Virus record (IMG/VR): IMGVR_UViG_3300043436_000442
Location: 1 to 31,032 of that record
Reading direction: 5' to 3' (one strand)
DNA: 31,032 bases
Source: a virus
Taxonomy: Duplodnaviria > Caudoviricetes
Below the pieces are notes generated by a model that ran no database searches, had not been told where the DNA came from, and worked only from the letters and a program-made list of their open reading frames with translations. The translations under genes were made by a program, and so were the position numbers. Positions 25,354-31,032 of the stretch are shown here, piece after piece (the first letter of the stretch is position 1; the number at the start of each line of letters is the position of its first letter).

Positions 25354-25808
25354 TAGCAAATAGTAACCTCGTTAGGAATCAGTACGTCAAATGTCATAGT
25401 CCAACCTGCTAAGTAGTTCTCAAAGCGTTCAGTAAACGGTTCGCAAGTAGGATTTCCGTCTACTACGACTTTAGAATCCCATAAGTTACCGTGAAGCATT
25501 TGAGCATAAGCACGGTTTAAGATTTCTAACTGAGTGTTGAGAACGTCTTGCTCATTTGCGTTACCTCTGAAGATATTTGTGGTTTCGTCTTTTGATATGT
25601 TGACGATATCCATAGCCAATAGGCTAATGTTAAAGCGTACTACGTTAGTTTCAAAGGTCGCATTGTTGACCATTACGTGCACAAGCGGAAAGATAGTCTG
25701 CTTGTTTAAGTCTACCTCGAATATATCGCCCTCAGTAACGGTGTTTACTAACACGTCATTGTTGAAATGTGTTTGTAGGGCTTCTGTTATAGTGTAAAAT
25801 CCTTTCAT
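25353..25808 (-). CDS. Tail terminator-like protein (putative)
   Basis: 151 aa acidic; FPLVHV, AGWTMTFDV. Confidence 0.55.
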   Translation of the reverse strand: MKGFYTITEALQTHFNNDVLVNTVTEGDIFEVDLNKQTIFPLVHVMVNNATFETNVVRFNISLLAMDIVNISKDETTNIFRGNANEQDVLNTQLEILNRAYAQMLHGNLWDSKVVVDGNPTCEPFTERFENYLAGWTMTFDVLIPNEVTIC

Positions 25809-26088
25809 CGTCTTAATTGTCTTTGGAGTTGTCTTTGTTCAATTTCGTTTTTTTGCTTTTCGAATGTGAGATAGGTGAGACATTTAGTAAGTCGAAGTGT
25901 GGTAACTTCATCGAATCTTGTAACGTCTCCTTTAGCGAGTGCATATATTGACTGATACCATCCCCATCGTTTTGCAAATTGAGTTGTTTCGCTAAAGTCA
26001 TTGATAGGCTCTTGTCCATCTTCATCTGCTTCTCCAAATAATTCAGGGTAGCCTTCAGTAACTCGTTTCCTAAATTGTAAAAAAAAAC
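25805..26088 (-). CDS. -1 frameshift extension of the tail assembly chaperone
   Basis: Open frame from a T9 slippery run to TGA 25805, which overlaps the next ATG (ATGA). Confidence 0.7.
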
Positions 26089-26568
26089 CGATGCTGCTAT
26101 GCATACATCAAGCGGAGCGAACTGCATCAACTCCTGATGGTCTTTACTTGGTTTGTAGTCTTGTATTTCGTACTTGTCTCCCTTTCGTTTTTTGATAGGT
26201 CTGTACATTACTGCCATAGCCTTGTTGTAGGTCTCCCAACTTTGTAGACTGTTCTCTAAGTCGACATACTCTCCGAAAGAAATCTCTTCAAGGTTAGGAA
26301 TGAATCCAAACTCTATATCTCCGATTTTAAACGTCTGTGTGAACTCTGGCTTTTGGCTGAATAAATTTGTAAAGTGAGCAACCATTTCATTGAGTGACGT
26401 CAGCTTGATGTTAGCCACATCCGATAACCTGATGCCACAGAAAATCTCAATCATCTTTTGAGCAATGAACTCTTCATCGTTTGAACCTTTCTGCACGTTC
26501 AAGAAGTCCACATAGTGCTTGAGTGGGATTTCGTTTAGTGAGGTAGGTACTTTTACTTGGATTTCCAT
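25813..26568 (-). CDS. Tail assembly chaperone (frame-0 product)
   Basis: 251 aa with internal GTT TTT TTT TAC slippery site. Confidence 0.65.
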   Translation of the reverse strand: MEIQVKVPTSLNEIPLKHYVDFLNVQKGSNDEEFIAQKMIEIFCGIRLSDVANIKLTSLNEMVAHFTNLFSQKPEFTQTFKIGDIEFGFIPNLEEISFGEYVDLENSLQSWETYNKAMAVMYRPIKKRKGDKYEIQDYKPSKDHQELMQFAPLDVCIAASVFFYNLGNELLKATLNYLEKQMKMDKSLSMTLAKQLNLQNDGDGISQYMHSLKETLQDSMKLPHFDLLNVSPISHSKSKKTKLNKDNSKDN

Positions 26569-26570
26569 AT

Positions 26571-26756
26571 CTATTTAACTTTTTGTTCTTGTTTTTGTAG
26601 TACATAGGCGTATGCTGCTGCCAGCATCTGTGAGTGCATTCGTATCTTGTATATGTCGTCAAAGACTATCTTGACCTTTTTGCCTTTCTCGTTGTAGATG
26701 TACTCCTCTACTACTGCTTTCATTTTAGGCAACTCATCGGATTGCGTATTGTCCAT
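26571..26756 (-). CDS. Hypothetical 61-aa protein
   Basis: AACTATG start overlapping the terL end; fills the gap. Confidence 0.55.
   Translation of the reverse strand: MDNTQSDELPKMKAVVEEYIYNEKGKKVKIVFDDIYKIRMHSQMLAAAYAYVLQKQEQKVK
26575..26598 (-). promoter_or_regulatory. Candidate late promoter (TACA-N16-GTTAA)
   Basis: Same spacing, just upstream of ATG 26568. Confidence 0.45.
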
Positions 26757-27894
26757 AGTTTGAATTTAAGCCGATACTTTCCATTTCGTGGTATCTAAGT
26801 GCGTCAATAGCGTGGTCGTTTCCACCTGCAGGTTTGTTTAGTCTTACTCCGTGTTTATCTACATCCCAACAATATGACCTCAGCTCTTTGATTAGGTTTG
26901 TACTCTGCTTGGTCACTAAGTAGTTCTGGCGTTGCATTACGTCTATCCCGTAGTTGATTGAATCCTTGCCTTTTGTAACTCCTTTAATCGTCTTTCCGTA
27001 GCGTCTAATCTCGTCTATGGATTTAGGCTCTGAGGAATCAGCGTAGATAGTTACGCCTGACGGAAGTACCTTAGCAATATCCGAGTTCAGCATACCCGTT
27101 CTGTAAACAATTTCGTTTACTATGCGTTGACCATTCCAGTTGTAGATTTCTATCGCTGCAGTAGGGTCATTAGTGTAACCAAAGTCAAGTCCTATGCCTA
27201 CCAATCGTGCGTCATCAGGTATCTTGTCAATCTCTTTCCAATTGTCAAAGATTACACCCTCAAGCATACCTACTTCTCCAAGACCATACACTCGCCACCA
27301 ATTAGCCCAATAAGAACTTGTAGCTGCTTTATCACGGTTCTTTTCTATTTGACGCACAATGCTCTCGTCTAACGCTTCGTTATCTTTGTAGGTAAGGATG
27401 ATGAAATCTGCGTCAGGTTCGTCTTTTAGTTCCTTGTGAACCCAAAACTCATTAGCAGGGTTAAAGTCTAAGTATATCTCTTTCTTGGTACGAATGGAAA
27501 GCTCAAGGTAAGCGTCAAAGGTTACATTGTTGCACTCGTTGATGTATAGGATGTCACGTCTTGCACCTCGAAGTTTAGATGCGTTATCAGCAGAGAAAAA
27601 CTCTATACTGCTTCCGTTAGCAAATTCGTATCTCAGTAGGGTTGCATTGAATCGGTCTTCAACATACCTACCAGTCCAACGCATAATTTTCAAGAAGTCT
27701 TTTAAAGCACCTCTCCTCAAATGCGGAATAGTCTCAGCAACTACTGAAACTTCTAAACCTTTTTCTCGGGCACACTTGTCAATTAGTACGGGCAGGATGC
27801 CGAATGTCTTTCCTGCTGACGTACCTCCTTGAATAATCTTGATTCTCTTTTGGAGTTCGTAGATTTTATGAATTGCCGTTGTTACCTGAAACAT
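26734..27894 (-). CDS. terL: Terminase large subunit (PBSX-type)
   Basis: QGGTSAGKT Walker A, LYINEC Walker B, DFNP, GLDFGYTNDP, DHAIDALRY. Confidence 0.95.
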   Translation of the reverse strand: MFQVTTAIHKIYELQKRIKIIQGGTSAGKTFGILPVLIDKCAREKGLEVSVVAETIPHLRRGALKDFLKIMRWTGRYVEDRFNATLLRYEFANGSSIEFFSADNASKLRGARRDILYINECNNVTFDAYLELSIRTKKEIYLDFNPANEFWVHKELKDEPDADFIILTYKDNEALDESIVRQIEKNRDKAATSSYWANWWRVYGLGEVGMLEGVIFDNWKEIDKIPDDARLVGIGLDFGYTNDPTAAIEIYNWNGQRIVNEIVYRTGMLNSDIAKVLPSGVTIYADSSEPKSIDEIRRYGKTIKGVTKGKDSINYGIDVMQRQNYLVTKQSTNLIKELRSYCWDVDKHGVRLNKPAGGNDHAIDALRYHEMESIGLNSNYGQYAIR

Positions 27895-28303
27895 TAAAGT
27901 TGAATAGCGGTTGCTCGGTTACGATGGTGTTCTCAGTCTTCTCAGTTAGTCCGTTTAAACGTGCGGTTAAGTTCGCATTGTACTGCCCTACTAAGCCTCC
28001 GTTGATTTGGTCTTGGCGGATTTCTCGCTTTATATGTGTAGAGATAGGACAAAATTCTTCGTAAGCTCCTTGAGTATTCTTAATGTAGTGGTCAACAGTT
28101 AACTCGAACTTATTGTAGCAGTACACTTCAAAGCCCTCCATTGTAAGTGGACATTCAAGAGGTTCTGCTACCATATCTCCAGTCCTTTGGTTTAGGGTGT
28201 ATTTGTATCTTGGGTTTTCTTTTACCCATTTCTTGTAGCTTTGGAATAGTTCTAAGAGGTGTTCAGGACTATCTATTTTTCGTGGTCTTCCTACTTTTGC
28301 CAT
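27866..28303 (-). CDS. terS: Terminase small subunit
   Basis: GRPRKIDSPE N-terminus, PLTMEGF, YNANLTARLNGL; upstream of terL. Confidence 0.8.
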   Translation of the reverse strand: MAKVGRPRKIDSPEHLLELFQSYKKWVKENPRYKYTLNQRTGDMVAEPLECPLTMEGFEVYCYNKFELTVDHYIKNTQGAYEEFCPISTHIKREIRQDQINGGLVGQYNANLTARLNGLTEKTENTIVTEQPLFNFNVSGNNGNS

Positions 28304-28451
28304 TTGTTAGTTCGTGTTTTTCTATTTGGTTTCTACATATTGCGTATCTCTGGTCTTGGTCTTTGTATTCCCTGACCATAGTGTCATCAATCATACATCT
28401 TTGGAGGAACTCTCCTTTTTGTTCTTTAGGTAGTGGTGTCGGTAAAGGCAT
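28269..28451 (-). CDS. Small hypothetical protein
   Basis: MPLPTP...EFLQRCM...QRYAIC, 60 aa. Confidence 0.7.
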   Translation of the reverse strand: MPLPTPLPKEQKGEFLQRCMIDDTMVREYKDQDQRYAICRNQIEKHELTNGKSRKTTKNR

Positions 28452-28629
28452 CTTTTACTTTTTTAAAGTGGTCTAAGAATTCGTCTTCTGTTAGCTCTTC
28501 TAAGCACATTAAACCATCAGCATCTGTGAAGTATTCAATCAAGTGGTGTCCGTCTTTTCGTATCTTTTCCGATAGAGAGTGGGCATACTCAATCAAATCT
28601 TTGCCGTAGTCTAATATGTAGTATCTCAT
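28426..28629 (-). CDS. Hypothetical protein
   Basis: 67 aa, ATGA-coupled. Confidence 0.65.
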   Translation of the reverse strand: MRYYILDYGKDLIEYAHSLSEKIRKDGHHLIEYFTDADGLMCLEELTEDEFLDHFKKVKDAFTDTTT

Positions 28630-28985
28630 CCTTTGTACTCTTCAAATACCTTTTGCATCTTCATTACAATCTCACGGAAACAAGAAGCACAAGATGTAGG
28701 CTCTTGACGTAAGTTGAAGACACGATTGTAAATTGCAATCAATCTTGTTTGTTCAGTAGGTCTGAATGTTTGTTGAGTAAGTACTCCTGATTCGTTTAAC
28801 CAAGTGTATTCTTCTTCAGTTAAGCAGTTCGTGTTTCTGTACGGGAATAACTCGTTGAGTTTCTTCTTACGCTCTTCGCATCCGCAGTCTTCTCCTGCTA
28901 CAAATTCTACTAACTTCTTGATACCAGTTGCCTCAGTAATCTGCTCAATCGTATCTCCAAGTCCTTTTGCTTTTCTTTTAGCCAT
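28626..28985 (-). CDS. Cys-motif hypothetical protein
   Basis: KGLGDT...DCGCEERK...SCASC. Confidence 0.75.
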   Translation of the reverse strand: MAKRKAKGLGDTIEQITEATGIKKLVEFVAGEDCGCEERKKKLNELFPYRNTNCLTEEEYTWLNESGVLTQQTFRPTEQTRLIAIYNRVFNLRQEPTSCASCFREIVMKMQKVFEEYKG

Positions 28986-29163
28986 TGTGTTTGTTTTTAA
29001 AATATTCTTTACTTAATTCCTTTAGGTCATTTCTGAGCATTTTGTTTTCGTGTTTCAGTTGCTCAATGCTATCAGCCATATCATTGAAAAACTTTGCATT
29101 TGCTTTAGCCTTTTCCTTATAGCTTGCCAGCTTCTCGTCTAATGCTTGCAGTATGTGTTTCAT
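28978..29163 (-). CDS. Short coiled-coil protein
   Basis: 61 aa, ATGA-coupled to the sigma gene. Confidence 0.65.
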   Translation of the reverse strand: MKHILQALDEKLASYKEKAKANAKFFNDMADSIEQLKHENKMLRNDLKELSKEYFKNKHNG

Positions 29164-29687
29164 ATTAGCTCAAAATCTTTATTTAAGAAATCCTCCCAAT
29201 CATCGCCTACGTTTTCTCGTAGACGTTCCTTGCAGTTCTTTAGTGTGTTGTAGATTGATGTAAGACTGATGTTAGTTTCGCTTGCAATGTCTCTCATTGA
29301 CATATCTTCTTTAAGGTAGAGAGTGAATAGTTTAGTGTCGTACCAATGCCAATTGAGTATCTCTTGTTTTATTCTTGCGTCTAATCTTTCGTATGCTTCG
29401 TGTTTCTCTACCTCTGGTGCTTCGTCTGCCACATCTCTCAACTCGTCTACACATATTAACTCCTTAAAATACTTTTTGTTATTCGTATGAGTAGCATTCC
29501 TAAGCATAATCCACATCAAAGCTCTGTTTGGTTCTCCGTCTTTGATTATTTTTTCGAGGTATTCGTATTTATGTAAGCGGAGGTAAACGTCTTGCACTAC
29601 ATCGTCTGCATAGTCCACTTCGCCAAAGCCTTTCACTATGCCTACCCACTCTTTGTGGTGCTTAGATAGTATTGTAAGTGCATCCAT
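29160..29687 (-). CDS. ECF-type RNA polymerase sigma factor
   Basis: Region 2 ADDVVQDVYLRL; region 4 MSMRDIASETNISLTSIYNTL. Confidence 0.85.
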   Translation of the reverse strand: MDALTILSKHHKEWVGIVKGFGEVDYADDVVQDVYLRLHKYEYLEKIIKDGEPNRALMWIMLRNATHTNNKKYFKELICVDELRDVADEAPEVEKHEAYERLDARIKQEILNWHWYDTKLFTLYLKEDMSMRDIASETNISLTSIYNTLKNCKERLRENVGDDWEDFLNKDFELI

Positions 29688-29705
29688 AGTTGGTTAATTT
29701 CTAAA

Positions 29706-29735
29706 CAAATATAAGACTATATTTTAATCTAACAA
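29706..29735 (-). promoter_or_regulatory. Bacteroidota promoter for the sigma/packaging operon
   Basis: TTG (29735-29733), 19 nt, TATATTTG (29713-29706). Confidence 0.8.
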
Positions 29736-29744
29736 GTTGCCTAC

Positions 29745-29770
29745 AAAAAAAGCCACTCGTTAAAGTGGCT
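29745..29770 (-). terminator. Intrinsic terminator
   Basis: AGCCACT-TTAACG-AGTGGCT-TTTTTT. Confidence 0.85.
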
Positions 29771-29981
29771 CTAAATCATTCAAATAAATCTCTCGGCTTA
29801 CGTATCTATCGAGCTTGTGAAGTGTGCTTAGAGTGACGTCTTTACCGTTCAGAAAGTTGTTTACTTGGAAGTGGTGCATCTTTACACCTGATTGTTTTAT
29901 CTCCTCAACTATTTGGTTTCGTGTTTTCCTATTGAGGATGATGTGAATCTGCTTCCGTAAGTCCGAATCATTTATGTACAT
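29760..29981 (-). CDS. Small XRE/Cro-like HTH protein
   Basis: QVNNFLNGKDVTLSTLHKL; start re-called to ATG 29981. Confidence 0.55.
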   Translation of the reverse strand: MYINDSDLRKQIHIILNRKTRNQIVEEIKQSGVKMHHFQVNNFLNGKDVTLSTLHKLDRYVSREIYLNDLEPL

Positions 29982-29982
29982 A

Positions 29983-30216
29983 TTAAAATGGTAAGTCCGA
30001 ATCAATACTATCTCCGATTGGTGCACGTTCAGCAGGTGCTACGTAAGGCTCGCTAAATGATGCTGAGAAAAAACTCCCATTCTTACCTTGCTTAACCCAT
30101 AAGGCTACTTCCATTTCTTTACCGTTTACGTTTACTTTACCTCTGTAATCAGGGTGCTTGCCGCTCGTCTTTTTGTCGTTTTTAAAGATTGCTCCAGTGT
30201 TTAACTTGTTTTCCAT
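29983..30216 (-). CDS. Small single-stranded DNA-binding protein
   Basis: GAIFKN...HPDYRG...ALW with acidic DSDLPF tail; in the recombination module. Confidence 0.7.
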   Translation of the reverse strand: MENKLNTGAIFKNDKKTSGKHPDYRGKVNVNGKEMEVALWVKQGKNGSFFSASFSEPYVAPAERAPIGDSIDSDLPF

Positions 30217-30221
30217 TGTAT

Positions 30222-30338
30222 TTAATTTAAAATGTTACTGAATATTGAGTAGATTATTAGCATTAAACCTACTGCGAGAATAACCATAGTGCCATAAGCA
30301 GCCATCTCTTCTCGTCTATCGTCTTTGTTTAGTTTCAT
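30222..30338 (-). CDS. 38-aa membrane peptide (not in ORF track)
   Basis: MKLNKDDRREEMAAYGTMVILAVGLMLIIYSIFSNILN; ATGA-coupled. Confidence 0.6.
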   Translation of the reverse strand: MKLNKDDRREEMAAYGTMVILAVGLMLIIYSIFSNILN

Positions 30339-30550
30339 TGGTTTTGTTTAAAGGTTTTTACTTCGTCTTTTAGTCGTTCCAAGTACAAGCAGAAGTCCAT
30401 AGCCTCTTCCTGAGCGTGATTAAGCCATTCTAACGCACTTAAATCAGTTCGTGTTAACATTGTACCATACTTCTCTATTCCTCGTTGTGAGCGGTCATAA
30501 AACTTGCTCATTACTTTTAGGACAATTGGGTCTTCTACTTTCTGGTTCAT
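30335..30550 (-). CDS. Small all-alpha NTP-pyrophosphatase-like (MazG-fold) protein
   Basis: GIEKYG...WLNHAQEEAMDFCLYL (EExxD); start re-called to ATG 30550. Confidence 0.5.
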   Translation of the reverse strand: MNQKVEDPIVLKVMSKFYDRSQRGIEKYGTMLTRTDLSALEWLNHAQEEAMDFCLYLERLKDEVKTFKQNQ

Positions 30551-31032
30551 AGGAATTTCATTAAGGCATTGTAATACTCGCGGCAAATCTCTATCTTTTC
30601 TTTAATGGCTTCGATTACCGCTTCGTCTTTTTGTACGTAGAACACTTTTACTCTTCGATTTTTAGGCACTTGACTGAACTCGTGTTTACGCAGAATCTCC
30701 TCTCGCAAATCTAAGTCCTCTTCAATCTTGTGTAACTTCCAATGAGCTCTGCGGATTTCATCCTCAACCATATCAATCGGAGTATCTACAAGGCAGTAAC
30801 AAAGCATTGATTGAGTCTTTCCAGTCAACCACATATAACCTTGAAGTTGATAGAAGTAGTCTTTGTTTGGAATCTCGGTGTCAAAAAACGGAAAGGTAGT
30901 AGCATCCCAACTTGATTTCACGTCTAAAAGTACTTCCTCCGTGTTTACATCAGGTGTTCCCTTAATCCAATCATTCTCAAAGTACTCTTCATTCTTGTAA
31001 ATGAATTTTACATCTAAGACATCATTGACAAG
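30547..31032 (-). CDS. YqaJ/lambda-type exonuclease, C-terminal part (joins 1-322)
   Basis: DVKSSW...YFYQLQGYMWLTG; frame open to the window end. Confidence 0.85.
   Translation of the reverse strand, partial: LVNDVLDVKFIYKNEEYFENDWIKGTPDVNTEEVLLDVKSSWDATTFPFFDTEIPNKDYFYQLQGYMWLTGKTQSMLCYCLVDTPIDMVEDEIRRAHWKLHKIEEDLDLREEILRKHEFSQVPKNRRVKVFYVQKDEAVIEAIKEKIEICREYYNALMKFL
30906..31032. repeat. Terminal direct repeat, right copy
   Basis: Identical to 1-127. Confidence 0.97.

Noticed and set aside
587-29016. Plus-strand ORFs in the supplied track
   Set aside because: Nearly all are antisense shadows of well-supported minus-strand genes, with no recognisable motifs or promoters
30906-31032. 127-bp terminal repeat as a biological DTR
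   Set aside because: It falls mid-gene and equals a common assembler k-mer length, so it is best read as a circular overlap
1-31032. Stop-codon reassignment
   Set aside because: Genes are intact and tightly packed in code 11; TAA, TGA and TAG all act as stops

Overview
The window is an apparently complete, circularly closed tailed-phage genome. The unique length is 30,905 bp, and bases 1-127 repeat exactly at 30906-31032, most likely an assembly overlap. Every credible gene is on the minus strand. TTG-N19-TAnnTTTG promoters and SD-less, A-rich starts point to a Bacteroidota (Flavobacteria-like) host. A tape measure protein, tail tube and frameshifting tail chaperone indicate siphovirus-type morphology. 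Reading the minus strand from the non-coding gap at ~7420-7650, the order is: small early genes and a DnaA-domain-IV-like HTH protein; a structured RNA/terminator; replication initiator with internal iterons and helicase; Mom-like DNA modification gene, NinG and a nuclease; ERF, YqaJ exonuclease (spanning the contig ends) and SSB; a phage ECF-type sigma factor; terminases; tail genes; protease, scaffold, capsid, tail tube and portal; an HNH insertion; fibre; lysis genes; and a metallophosphoesterase. I recognised no integrase, tRNA, CRISPR array or reverse transcriptase. The most interesting unexplained signal is a candidate RNA regulatory layer. Two terminator-proximal RNA segments carry a CAUAGCG(U) seed perfectly complementary (11-14 nt) to the shared AAACGCUAUGAAA start region of three early/middle genes. 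A kissing-loop RNA sits ahead of the replication genes. The tail chaperone also has a ~90-codon dual-coding -1 frameshift. All protein family calls are by motif recognition, not database search.
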